Assembly (NCBI GenBank): GCA_977020255.1
Contig: CDROCS010002105.1
Span: 186,001-250,000 of the forward strand
DNA: 64,000 bases
Source: Obrimoposthia wandeli
Lineage: Eukaryota
Direction: 5' to 3'
Notes under the pieces: generated by a model
The model's database searches: none
Told to the model about the DNA's origin: nothing
The model's input: the letters and a program-made list of their open reading frames with translations, nothing else
Translations under genes and position numbers: made by a program
Part shown: in pieces, positions 37,634-47,014 of the stretch
Numbering within the stretch: the stretch's first letter is position 1
How the letters are laid out: every line of letters starts with the position of its first letter

Positions 37634-40186
37634 ATGAATGAGACGTATCGCAATACGTACAAAAAGAAAAAAATCGGATTAGCAAAGCAGCTTCTGTTTT
37701 TTATCTTACTTATGAGTACAGTGTTCACCTTAATTATTACAGGGCTGAATTTATACCGTGATTATAAGGAAGATTTAGCGAGTATCGATGAACGAATGAC
37801 ACAAATTGAAGGCAGCTTTTTATCAAGCCTTACCGCGAGTTTGTGGGTGGAAGATCGTGAACTATTACTGACGCAGGCTGAAGGTATAATGCATTTGCCT
37901 AGCATTCATTATCTATCGATTACAGATTCTGACGGTACCGTTATTCAGTTAGGCAGTGAATTACAAAAATATAAACACGAAAAAGTGTGGGAGATGCAAC
38001 ATACTGTTGGCAAAAGGCAGTACACGTTAGCTACGCTTACGGTTCAATCTGATCTGTATACTGTTTATCAAGGATTGTTTGATAAGTTTATTTTTCTATT
38101 GATTTCTCAAACAATCAAAATTTTCTTGTTCGCTATTTTCATCTTGTATTTTGCTTATCGTATCGTTGTACGCCCACTTACGTTGATGTCTTTGGCTGTC
38201 AGTAATTTTGATAATGACAAAGTGCCCCAGCGTATTAATTTAGAAGGCAGGCGTTTTGATGATGAAATATCGACGCTAACTGAAACATATAATAGTTCTG
38301 TTAACCGAATCAGAGATCATTACGAAGAACTTGAATTAGCAAGAGAGGAAGCTGAAGAAGCTAACCGTAAGAAAAGTGAGTTCTTGGCAAACATGAGCCA
38401 CGAAATTAGAACACCAATGAATGGGATCATTGGCTTATCATCTTTATTGCAAGAGATGGAAATGCCAAAAGACCAAAAAGAATATATCAACATGTTGAAT
38501 ATATCGTCTCTTTCATTACTTGATTTGATCAATGATATTCTCGATTTCTCAAAAATTGAAGCTGGGCGTTTAGAACTAGAACATACATCGCTGAACTTGT
38601 TTGAATTGAATAAAGAAGTGGAATCTATTTTCTTGGTAAAAGCGTCAGAAAAGAGTATCGCCTTCCAATGCTCTATTGATAAACGCATACCACCAATGTT
38701 GCTTGGTGATGCGACTCAACTACGACAAGTGCTGAATAATTTAGTGAGTAATGCCATTAAGTTTACCCATACGGGTTATGTTCATCTTCATACTCAATTA
38801 GAAACAGATACGGATACTGAAACAACAATACGATTTGAAGTAATAGACAGTGGTATTGGTGTTTCAGCAGATAAGCATGAAGCTGTGTTTGATAAGTTTC
38901 AACAAGCTGATGGTAGTACTACGCGTAAATACGGTGGTACAGGGTTAGGTTTATCGATTTGTCGTCAAATAGTTCATTTGATGGGGGGAGAGATAAAGAT
39001 AAGCAGTGAAGTAGATAAGGGTAGTACCTTTTACTTTTCGATAACGTTTGAAAAAAATGTATTAGTGTCGGCTTCGTTGGAAGACAGTAAAGCATTATCG
39101 GAGATATCCGTTTTACTGGTTGATGACAGTATGCTGAATATGCGGATTACTTCTGCTCAGTTAAACAATTTCGGCGCTAAATCGATCTGTTGTGACGATG
39201 CGACACAAGCAATTGATATTGTTAAGCAAGCTATTGTGAATAAAAGCCCGTTTGATTTAGTTATCATTGATAAAATTATGCCACACCTTGATGGTTTTGA
39301 ACTGGCGCAATTACTGACTAAAGAGTTTGGTCTGGATTGTCCTCGCCTGATGATGATTTCTGCTGGCCCTCAGATGGGTGATGATCTGAAGGCGAAACAA
39401 GTCGGCATTTTAGCGTGCTTATCGAGACCGTATAAAGAAAGTAACCTAAAGTGGACGGTTAAGCGCGTTATTAAGATGACTTCAGATGAAGTCATTGCGA
39501 CTCCTCTAAATTGTAAACGGAGTCTAAACGGTACAGATACATCTCAGGTGTTAAGCAATGCAACATCACCAGTCATTACACCTGAAATGACAACACCTGA
39601 AAATTTTTTACAATCAGTACACCATGCCACCATGCCTCAAGCGAGTGGCAATAATTTCTTACTGAAGTCGAATGTCGAGATCAAAAAAGCAAGCTCACCT
39701 GAAGAATCTGGTGTAATAACAAATGATTCAACTGCTGCTTTAACCCGTGAATTGGACCCTGAAGCATCAACACCAAGAGCGAAAATTTTGGTGGTTGAAG
39801 ATGCTGTTGTGAACCAAAAAGTGGCAAAAATGATGCTTGAAAAGTTGGGTGTTGAAGTCATGATTGCAAGTAACGGTCAAATTGGTGTCGATATGTATCA
39901 AGAACATGATTTTGATGTGATATTTATGGATTGTCAGATGCCAGTTCTTGATGGTTTTGAGGCGACAAAAGCAATCCGAAATCTTGAACAAAATACGTCA
40001 CACATTCCCATTATTGCTTTAACGGCAAATGTTGTTAAGGAAGAAAAGGATAAATGCTATGAAGCAGGAATGGATGACTTTGTATCTAAACCGGTAAGCA
40101 AAAAAATATTAGCAGCGGTGCTGGAGAAACATTTGGCTATAGTTCTTTTAGCGAAAAAAGACATTACTATCAAAAATAATATTTAG
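37634..40186 (+). CDS. Hybrid sensor histidine kinase with two receiver domains
   Basis: 2 TM, HAMP, H-box [15 protein letters not shown], HATPase (GGTGLGL), REC1 IIDKIMP, REC2 FMDCQMP; no Hpt. Confidence 0.93.
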   Translation: MNETYRNTYKKKKIGLAKQLLFFILLMSTVFTLIITGLNLYRDYKEDLASIDERMTQIEGSFLSSLTASLWVEDRELLLTQAEGIMHLPSIHYLSITDSDGTVIQLGSELQKYKHEKVWEMQHTVGKRQYTLATLTVQSDLYTVYQGLFDKFIFLLISQTIKIFLFAIFILYFAYRIVVRPLTLMSLAVSNFDNDKVPQRINLEGRRFDDEISTLTETYNSSVNRIRDHYEELELAREEAEEANRKKSEFLANMSHEIRTPMNGIIGLSSLLQEMEMPKDQKEYINMLNISSLSLLDLINDILDFSKIEAGRLELEHTSLNLFELNKEVESIFLVKASEKSIAFQCSIDKRIPPMLLGDATQLRQVLNNLVSNAIKFTHTGYVHLHTQLETDTDTETTIRFEVIDSGIGVSADKHEAVFDKFQQADGSTTRKYGGTGLGLSICRQIVHLMGGEIKISSEVDKGSTFYFSITFEKNVLVSASLEDSKALSEISVLLVDDSMLNMRITSAQLNNFGAKSICCDDATQAIDIVKQAIVNKSPFDLVIIDKIMPHLDGFELAQLLTKEFGLDCPRLMMISAGPQMGDDLKAKQVGILACLSRPYKESNLKWTVKRVIKMTSDEVIATPLNCKRSLNGTDTSQVLSNATSPVITPEMTTPENFLQSVHHATMPQASGNNFLLKSNVEIKKASSPEESGVITNDSTAALTRELDPEASTPRAKILVVEDAVVNQKVAKMMLEKLGVEVMIASNGQIGVDMYQEHDFDVIFMDCQMPVLDGFEATKAIRNLEQNTSHIPIIALTANVVKEEKDKCYEAGMDDFVSKPVSKKILAAVLEKHLAIVLLAKKDITIKNNI

Positions 40187-40213
40187 TTAAGTAAAGAGCA
40201 TTGTTATAGCTAT

Positions 40214-40244
40214 AAAGACGAGGTTAATGTTGCCTCGTCTTTTT
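40214..40244. terminator. Bidirectional terminator
   Basis: AAAGACGAGG...CCTCGTCTTTTT between convergent genes. Confidence 0.75.
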
Positions 40245-40252
40245 CATTAAGA

Positions 40253-40597
40253 TTAAACGACTCTTTGATTTGTTTGTATTGTATTTTCCTGTTTATACAA
40301 ATTCACGATGATAGTTAGTGTATTAGCTTGGGTATCTTCAGAGATATCTTTAATTGAATAGTAATCGATGGTTTTATGCGCAAGATATCTATTCACTAAG
40401 CTGGTTAGGCTATCGTTAATATCGCCCGTTATTTGGATGGTTTCAATTAACGCTAATTGTTCATATTGAGCTTCTGATTGAGGTATCAATTCTGGCGCGG
40501 CAAAAGTGGATAACGACGAGGTTATAAGTGCAAGGGTAAGAGCAACGCGCTTGATCATTTTAAGTCTCTTGAAACGTGTGTGGTTATAAAAAATCAC
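40253..40597 (-). CDS. Small secreted protein, possibly DUF1471/YdgH-like
   Basis: Signal peptide from MIKRVAL (probable true start); YYSI...VNLYK resembles DUF1471 C-termini. Confidence 0.5.
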   Translation of the reverse strand: MIFYNHTRFKRLKMIKRVALTLALITSSLSTFAAPELIPQSEAQYEQLALIETIQITGDINDSLTSLVNRYLAHKTIDYYSIKDISEDTQANTLTIIVNLYKQENTIQTNQRVV

Positions 40598-40687
40598 GAC
40601 CCCGATTTGAGTCTACTTAAGTCTGGCATGCTGGTGTTTTGATTTGTCAGCGTTAAGTCAAATTCAAATAAGATAGCAATGTCTGCC

Positions 40688-40953
40688 TATACCCAAGTTA
40701 CCTCAAGATGCTCGTTTCAGCGAGAATTTGTTGGGTTCTAGGCAAGGCACTTATTTATAGACCTAGTCGTTCTACGTTGAAAATAAGTAACGCCGCATAG
40801 AGCCCAACAGAACTCGCCCTTCGGGAGTGATTCAGCGTATCTACTTCTGTGTCAAATGTGTTTGAAAGGGAATGCCATTCCTACACACATTTGCCTTGAA
40901 TTAAACACGCTGAGATCACTCTGAATCCTGCATCTTGAGGTAGCTTGGGTATA
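40688..40953. mobile_element. 266-bp MITE-like non-autonomous element (ERIC-like TATA ends)
   Basis: 24-bp TIRs TATACCCAAG[T/C]TACCTCAAGATGC matching 23/24; no coding capacity; two long internal hairpins; three related fragments elsewhere in the window. Confidence 0.88.
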
Positions 40954-40963
40954 TACTCATAAT
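40935..40963 (+). promoter_or_regulatory. Putative hybrid sigma70 promoter (MITE -35 plus host -10)
   Basis: TTGAGG (inside the TIR) - 17 bp - CATAAT (outside it), ~55 bp upstream of ATG 41018. Confidence 0.45.
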
Positions 40964-41017
40964 GAGTTATGACTGTTCATGAGCTTTATTGGCATATTTA
41001 CGAGGTGGAAGAATAAT

Positions 41018-41269
41018 ATGGGCTTTATTTCTTGGATAATTTTGGGGCTAATCGCGGGAGCTCTGGCTAAATGGTTGATGCCTGGCGATGACGATGGTGG
41101 TTGGATAATGACTATTGTTTTGGGTGTTGCTGGGGCTTTTGTGGGTGGTTGGTTAGGTTCATTTATCGGTTTAGGTTCTGCTGATGGTGTCAATTTTGGC
41201 AGTATTATAACGGCAACCCTTGGGGCGTTTGTTTTGCTGTTTGTCTATAACAAGTTTATTCGTAAATGA
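41018..41269 (+). CDS. GlsB/YeaQ/YmgE family stress-response membrane protein
   Basis: MGFISWIILGLIAGALAKWLMPG...GGW...GSIITATLGA; GAGGTGG RBS favours ATG 41018 over 40979. Confidence 0.9.
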   Translation: MGFISWIILGLIAGALAKWLMPGDDDGGWIMTIVLGVAGAFVGGWLGSFIGLGSADGVNFGSIITATLGAFVLLFVYNKFIRK

Positions 41270-41321
41270 TTTATTAGTCATTTAAGCAACCAATTCCAAT
41301 TAACTATGTTGTTAATATATT

Positions 41322-41347
41322 AACGGGCACTTCGTGAGTGCCCGTTT
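41322..41347. terminator. Terminator hairpin between convergent genes
   Basis: AACGGGCACT-TCGTG-AGTGCCCGTT. Confidence 0.7.
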
Positions 41348-41363
41348 GCATTTGAGTATTTTG

Positions 41364-41398
41364 TTAATGGTTAATGTTTAATGGTTAATGTTTAATGG
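41364..41398. repeat. Heptamer tandem repeat TTAATG[G/T] x5
   Basis: ttaatgg ttaatgt ttaatgg ttaatgt ttaatgg; the last unit contains the stop of the 41392 gene. Confidence 0.9.
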
Positions 41399-42873
41399 TG
41401 ATTTTCATAGAGTTTATCTAGGGCAACAGATAAGCCATTTTCAGTCACAATACGAATATGGTTTTTATTGATGTCTCGTGCGTTAGTGACGCCACAAGAG
41501 TGAGCTAAAAGCCCTATACCATAATGAATATATTTATTATAGTTTGCGACTCTCTGGGTTTTATCTTGAACATTAAGACCTTGTTGTAAGCGTTTATTGT
41601 GCGTTGTAATGCCAGTTGGGCAGGTATCTTTGTTACATTGAAGTGCTTGAATACAGCCTAACGCAAACATATGTCCACGAGCTGAAACAACAAAGTCTGC
41701 ACCTAATGCAATTGCCCAAGCCACTTTCGAGGGGGTAATTAACTTACCAGATGCGATGACTTTGATTTGCTCTTTTAATTTATGTTTCTCCAAACGTGCG
41801 ATCACGAGTGGTAAGCTTTCTTTTAAGGGTAAGCCAACGTAATCCATTAAAGGTTGTGGTGCCGCACCTGTACCTCCATCGGCACTGTCTATTGTAATAA
41901 AATCGGGTGCGCTGTCTTTACCGCGTTGAACAATTTCATTTAGTAGGTCATCAAACCAATCAATCGAGCCTATAACCGCTTTAAAACCAACAGGTTTTCC
42001 CGTCGTTTTTCGGATGAGTGCTATCATGTCGAGAAGATCACCCGCACTCCTAATTTCTTTATGTCCATTAGGGCTTATAGAATCATGCCCTTCTGGTATT
42101 CCTCTTATTTTAGAGATTTCGGCAGTCACTTTTCTTCCTGGTAACATTCCGCCTTTACCCGGCTTCGCACCCTGACTCATTTTGATTTCAAACATTTTCA
42201 CTTCAGGGTGGGCTGCAATGTTTCTTAGCTTTTCTTTACTTAAGTTTCCGTCTTCATCTCGTACGCCATATTTAGCAGTACCTATTTGAAATACGAGATC
42301 AGCTTTACCTTCTAGGTGGTAAGGGCTTAATCCTCCTTCTCCGGTATTCATCCAACAGCCTGCAAGATGTGCCCCGTGTGATAAGGCCTGTATGGCAGGT
42401 TTTGATATCGCACCGAAGCTCATTCCCGAAATATTAAAGATGGAACTGGTTGTATAAGGGGATTGGCAATTTTCCCCAATAGTAATCGGTGAGGGGGCAA
42501 CCGCATCTTCTTCTAGGGTAGGAAATGCACAATTCATGAACATGATTGTACCCGCTGTATCTAGGTTACGTGTTGAGCCAAAAGCAATTGTTCTATCTAC
42601 GTTTTTTGCTGCTTTATAAACCCAGCTTCGTTCTGCTCGGTTAAAGGGCATTTCTTCTCTGTCCATTGCGAAGAAGTACTGACGAAAGAATTCACCTTGT
42701 TTTTCTAAAATATAGCGGAAACGGCCTATTACCGGATAATTGTGGCGAATGGCATGTTTATTTTGTTTAATATCAGAAAAATAGAAGTAAATAATTAATA
42801 AAGCACCACTCCCAATCGTTAATATGAATAAACCAGATAAAAGGTTAATACCAAATATAATAAAGTCGCTCAT
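41392..42873 (-). CDS. FMN-binding glutamate synthase-family protein (stand-alone FMN/Fe-S domain)
   Basis: SGMSFGA, NTGEGG, EIKMSQGAKPGKGG, DGGTGAAP, GCIQALQCNKDTCPTG Fe-S motif; N-terminal TM. Confidence 0.88.
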   Translation of the reverse strand: MSDFIIFGINLLSGLFILTIGSGALLIIYFYFSDIKQNKHAIRHNYPVIGRFRYILEKQGEFFRQYFFAMDREEMPFNRAERSWVYKAAKNVDRTIAFGSTRNLDTAGTIMFMNCAFPTLEEDAVAPSPITIGENCQSPYTTSSIFNISGMSFGAISKPAIQALSHGAHLAGCWMNTGEGGLSPYHLEGKADLVFQIGTAKYGVRDEDGNLSKEKLRNIAAHPEVKMFEIKMSQGAKPGKGGMLPGRKVTAEISKIRGIPEGHDSISPNGHKEIRSAGDLLDMIALIRKTTGKPVGFKAVIGSIDWFDDLLNEIVQRGKDSAPDFITIDSADGGTGAAPQPLMDYVGLPLKESLPLVIARLEKHKLKEQIKVIASGKLITPSKVAWAIALGADFVVSARGHMFALGCIQALQCNKDTCPTGITTHNKRLQQGLNVQDKTQRVANYNKYIHYGIGLLAHSCGVTNARDINKNHIRIVTENGLSVALDKLYENHH

Positions 42874-43530
42874 AAACTGCTCCGTAATATCCCTATCGCA
42901 TGAATAACATCATAACGTTATGGGTAGCCATCTAATAACGTTAGTAGATAGAAAGAAGCCCGGCCGAAAATATTTTATAAGTATAAATCTTCACTTTTAT
43001 TGAAAGTAGCCAACAACGTTAATACCTAATCTGCTGAAAGAATGCTGAGGGTTTGTGCACTACATCTTCACACATTCGCATCAAATACCGATTCTTGTTT
43101 TTAATGAAAGCCATTATGTTGCGTATTTATAGTTAATTTTTTACTTTTTTTTTATGTGAAATATTCTTTTTAGGCATGACGAGCTGATGGTTATAAATTA
43201 ACCATAAATGGAATGAATACGTAATAAAGTAAAGGCTGTTGCGACTTTGTTGCATTGAATCCTCCTGTGATGTCTAAATATAATGATATTTATTCGCGAT
43301 AGAAAAAAACATAGCTAACACTTAAAGGGCGTTAATTGTACAGCTGGTATGTTTGTTAACTTGCTGTCAATTAAGGGGTATTTAATTGCCTAAACAAAAC
43401 AATTAGAAATGCAGTTGTGTTTTGAAGGTAAGAAAGCTCTTTTTTTACGTAAAAATATGAAGATAGATGCATGAAAAAGAAGGCAACTCGAATTTATATT
43501 ATTTTTTGACCATAACGTGGAGAGATAACA

Positions 43531-45732
43531 ATGCAAAAGGGATTGAACCTGAGCAAAATGGCTTGTGCTATTACAGGTATGTTGATGGCAGGAATAGCCT
43601 CTACCGCTTACGCAGCGCCAACGCATGATAAAAATGTGATTGGTTACATAACACAGTGGGAAGCATGGAAAGGGCCGAATGCTGGGTTTAGTGTAAAAGG
43701 TGAAGCTACGCATTTAAATGTAGATATGGATATTTATTCTATCCTTAACTTTTCGTTCTTTGGTGTAGCAAAAGACGGTTCATTACACAGTGGTGATCTA
43801 CGTAATAAAAGTATATACCAGCCAAATGCCGTACAAGAACCGGGACCACTCTTACACCCTGATGTGTATTCAAGTTGGGATTTCGACATTCTTTGGGGTG
43901 AGCTAGAGTATGTTCATCAGTACCCTGGTAATGAAGCTTGGGAAGCTGAAAATTTACGCAGAATACAAGAACAAGGTTTTGTGAAAAGTGGAAGTGGTTG
44001 GTTACATCAACCGACAGGTGTTCAAGGTCAATTCCCTATTCCATTAAAGAAAGCGGGTGGAGCACTAGGCTTGATCGATCTTGCCCATCAAAAAGGTGTG
44101 AAGGTAATGGCATCTTTGGGTGGGTGGAGTATGTCAAAACACTTCCCTGAAATGGCAGCAGATCCGGTAAAGAAAGCCCGTTTCCTTGCTGATATCGATA
44201 AAGTGATGTCACTGGGTTTTGATGGTATTGATATCGACTGGGAATACCCTGGTTTTGGCGGAATGAATTTTGCGGGTAATCCAGAAGATTACGCTAACTT
44301 TGAACAGCTAATGGAAGATATTCGTGAACGGATTGGCCCCAATAAACTGTTAACAGCTGCATTTTCTGCATCGACAGCGAAGCTAGAAGGCTATGACTGG
44401 AATCGTCTTGTTGCATCGATGGATTCTTTCAACATGATGACTTACGACTTAAATGGTGGTTGGTCAAACGTTGCGGGTCACAATGCGCCATTGTATCCGT
44501 ACCCTGAAGAGGAATACCAAGGGCTAGACCTTGATACATTGCGAATATGGATGGCACAAAAAGGTATCCCATCGAACAAGATTAACTTCGGTGCAGCCTT
44601 TTATGGACGTGGTGTTCAAACAACTGAAGCCACAGCGTATCTTGGGGCACCAACAGAAAAACGTATTGTTAACTTTGCCGTTGATGGGCCAACATTATCT
44701 TCAGCGGATTTAGATAACTGGAAAGAATTCGACGGTCAGCCAAATTATAACTACATTCTACAAAAAGGTGGTTGGGAGCATAAGTGGGATGCTGCCGCAG
44801 AAGTACCTTATGCTGTGAAAGGTAAATATTTCTTAAGTTATGACGATGTGCCTTCTATCGAGAAAAAAGCCCAGTACATTGTTGATAATGATCTTGGTGG
44901 TGTAATCGTATGGCAAGTACATGGTGATATTAAATGTGAAGGCACATTTATTAACCATGGTACGAAGCTAAAAGAATGTACTAAATTAAGTTCGCCTTTA
45001 GCTGAAGCCATTGATCGTGTGTTTAGTGCAGGCACTGTTCCTAACGCTGCACCAGTATTAAGTGTGCCAGCAGCACAGGTCGTTGATTCTGGTCAGGCGG
45101 TAAGTTTCTCTGTTTCTGCAACAGATGCCGATGGCGATGCATTGTCTTTCACTGCCACGAATGCCACCGTTGTCGATAATGGCAATGGTTCAGCAACGGT
45201 CACTTATCAAGCTGTTAATACCGCCACAGATACTCAGGCGATAGTCTCGGTATCGGTCAGCGATGGTAGAAAGAGTGTGATAAAAGATGTTGTGGTGAAT
45301 GTTAAAGGTTCGGGCGTTGTTGGAAATACACCACCAGTGCTTACTGCGCCAGCTTCTGTCAATGTTGATAGTGGTAAAACGGTTGTCATTTCAGTTTCAG
45401 CACAAGATGCAGACGGCGATACACTGGCCTATTCTTCATCTGTTGGTACGGTTGCAGTAACTGCGACAGGTGCCGATATAACTGTTACAGCCCCTACAAC
45501 ACAAGTTAATACCACAATTGACGTGGTGGTTACTGTTAATGATGGTCAAGTGTCTGATGTGGCGACTGTTATTGTGAATGTAAAAGCAGAAATAGGTGCT
45601 GGAGAGTGGAAGTCAGACAAAGTTTACACGGGAGGAGATCAAGTAACCTTCAATGGCGTGACTTACAAAGCGAAATGGTGGACGAAAGGCGATCAACCAG
45701 GTAAAGCAGGTAGTCCTTGGAGTCAAATTTAA
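43531..45732 (+). CDS. GH18 chitinase with two Ig-like domains and a C-terminal CBM5/12
   Basis: Signal peptide; SLGGW, FDGIDIDWEYP (DxDxE); NAAPVL/NTPPVL Ig repeats; YKAKWWT chitin-binding module; GGAG RBS. Confidence 0.93.
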   Translation: MQKGLNLSKMACAITGMLMAGIASTAYAAPTHDKNVIGYITQWEAWKGPNAGFSVKGEATHLNVDMDIYSILNFSFFGVAKDGSLHSGDLRNKSIYQPNAVQEPGPLLHPDVYSSWDFDILWGELEYVHQYPGNEAWEAENLRRIQEQGFVKSGSGWLHQPTGVQGQFPIPLKKAGGALGLIDLAHQKGVKVMASLGGWSMSKHFPEMAADPVKKARFLADIDKVMSLGFDGIDIDWEYPGFGGMNFAGNPEDYANFEQLMEDIRERIGPNKLLTAAFSASTAKLEGYDWNRLVASMDSFNMMTYDLNGGWSNVAGHNAPLYPYPEEEYQGLDLDTLRIWMAQKGIPSNKINFGAAFYGRGVQTTEATAYLGAPTEKRIVNFAVDGPTLSSADLDNWKEFDGQPNYNYILQKGGWEHKWDAAAEVPYAVKGKYFLSYDDVPSIEKKAQYIVDNDLGGVIVWQVHGDIKCEGTFINHGTKLKECTKLSSPLAEAIDRVFSAGTVPNAAPVLSVPAAQVVDSGQAVSFSVSATDADGDALSFTATNATVVDNGNGSATVTYQAVNTATDTQAIVSVSVSDGRKSVIKDVVVNVKGSGVVGNTPPVLTAPASVNVDSGKTVVISVSAQDADGDTLAYSSSVGTVAVTATGADITVTAPTTQVNTTIDVVVTVNDGQVSDVATVIVNVKAEIGAGEWKSDKVYTGGDQVTFNGVTYKAKWWTKGDQPGKAGSPWSQI

Positions 45733-45770
45733 TACTGTTTCTATTACTCTGAGTAAACTGTAACTACAGC

Positions 45771-45811
45771 AAGCCTTATCAATGTGTTAATCATGTTGGT
45801 AGGGCTTTTTT
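45771..45811 (+). terminator. Chitinase terminator
   Basis: AAGCCTTATCAA...TTGGTAGGGCTT followed by a T-tract. Confidence 0.65.
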
Positions 45812-45891
45812 GTTGATCGTTGTACCATATAAATTGTTTCAACCTTGAAAGTGGGTGATTAATATCTTTTCTAATATCCTTTTGTATAATG

Positions 45892-45914
45892 CAATTGTTA
45901 TGTTATAACATACC
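45892..45914. promoter_or_regulatory. Zur box 1
   Basis: AAT-TGTTAT-GTT-ATAACA-TAC; perfect TGTTAT-N3-ATAACA core upstream of a metal ABC operon. Confidence 0.8.
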
Positions 45915-45954
45915 TAGAATGTAATTATGTATTTGACTTAAGTTATAACTACTC

Positions 45955-46170
45955 ATGAAACATGAATCCCAATTCTCTATTTTTTCTTCAATTACATGCC
46001 TTTGGTGTGATGATATAACATTACGATTGTGTAAAGGTAATAAAGAAATATTTACTGCTCTATCGCGTAAGTCTTCAGCGTCATTATTACTTAGAAGTGT
46101 GAGTTTTCGCTTAGTCGTTGCTGTTGTGGTTATCAGCATTCTTTGGTTTGTTCTTAGTCAATTACTGTAG
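45955..46170 (+). CDS. Small membrane protein heading the zinc ABC operon (start uncertain)
   Basis: C-terminal TM SLLLRSVSFRLVVAVVVISILWFVLSQLL; stop 10 bp before the ATPase ATG. Confidence 0.45.
   Translation: MKHESQFSIFSSITCLWCDDITLRLCKGNKEIFTALSRKSSASLLLRSVSFRLVVAVVVISILWFVLSQLL
46002..46024. promoter_or_regulatory. Zur box 2
   Basis: TGTGAT-GAT-ATAACA-TT (one core mismatch). Confidence 0.55.
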
Positions 46171-46180
46171 TGGTGCACTT

Positions 46181-47014
46181 ATGATCAATATTACTAATTT
46201 GAGTGTTCACTACAGAGAGTCACTTGCTTTAGACAAGGTTTCTGCATTTATTAAAGAAGGGGAATTGATAGCGATTGTTGGTCCTAATGGAGCGGGCAAG
46301 TCGACGTTACTCAAAAGTGTTATGCAGCAGTTAAAGCCAAGTGCAGGCAGTATCGATCTTGGGCATAGATGTTTGAAGGATATAGCTTATTTACCACAGA
46401 GCCATCAAATCGACCGTCAATTTCCAATAACAGTACGTGAATTTGTTTCGGCAGGATCATGGCAACGTATTAGCTTTTGGCGAGCTTTCGGTCGAACGGA
46501 GCAACGCTTACTACAAGAAGCGTTGCATAAGGTAAATCTTACAGGGGTTGATGACCGACAAATAAATACATTATCGGGCGGGCAGTTTCAACGTATGTTA
46601 TTCGCGCGAATGTTAATGCAAGATGCCGACATATTGTTGTTGGATGAACCTTTTAATGCGATTGATGCACAAACAACGGAAGATTTAATGACCGTTATTC
46701 ATGACTGTCAGCGTAAAGGCAAAACCATTCTCGCTGTGATTCATGATTTAGCCTTAGTAAGACGTTTTTTTCCTAATGTAATGTTAATTGCAACTCAATT
46801 GATTGCCAGTGGAACAACAGAAATCGTGATGACTGGTGAAAATTTAGCGAAGGCTGGTTATCAATATCTATCGTCTGAAATGCCAAATAGTGACTCGTTA
46901 TTTACTCCTCCAGTTAGCCCTATAACCGCGAGAATGCAGCCACTTTACACCGAGTATTCGGTTAATTATCGATCACCTGCAGAGCTACCATTTTATGGTC
47001 GAAATATCTCATGA
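46181..47014 (+). CDS. Metal (Zn/Mn) ABC transporter ATPase, ZnuC/AztA-like
   Basis: GPNGAGKS, LSGGQFQR, LLLDEPF, IHD; ATG 46181 preferred over the track start at 46118. Confidence 0.9.
   Translation: MINITNLSVHYRESLALDKVSAFIKEGELIAIVGPNGAGKSTLLKSVMQQLKPSAGSIDLGHRCLKDIAYLPQSHQIDRQFPITVREFVSAGSWQRISFWRAFGRTEQRLLQEALHKVNLTGVDDRQINTLSGGQFQRMLFARMLMQDADILLLDEPFNAIDAQTTEDLMTVIHDCQRKGKTILAVIHDLALVRRFFPNVMLIATQLIASGTTEIVMTGENLAKAGYQYLSSEMPNSDSLFTPPVSPITARMQPLYTEYSVNYRSPAELPFYGRNIS

Noticed and set aside
42874-43530. c-di-GMP-I riboswitch or CRP site upstream of the chitinase
   Set aside because: No GEMM core (GCAAA...GNRA...GACGCAAAG) and no TGTGA-N6-TCACA match found by eye
43390-43713. 107-aa minus-strand ORF over the chitinase start
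   Set aside because: Antisense overlap, no RBS, composition not protein-like
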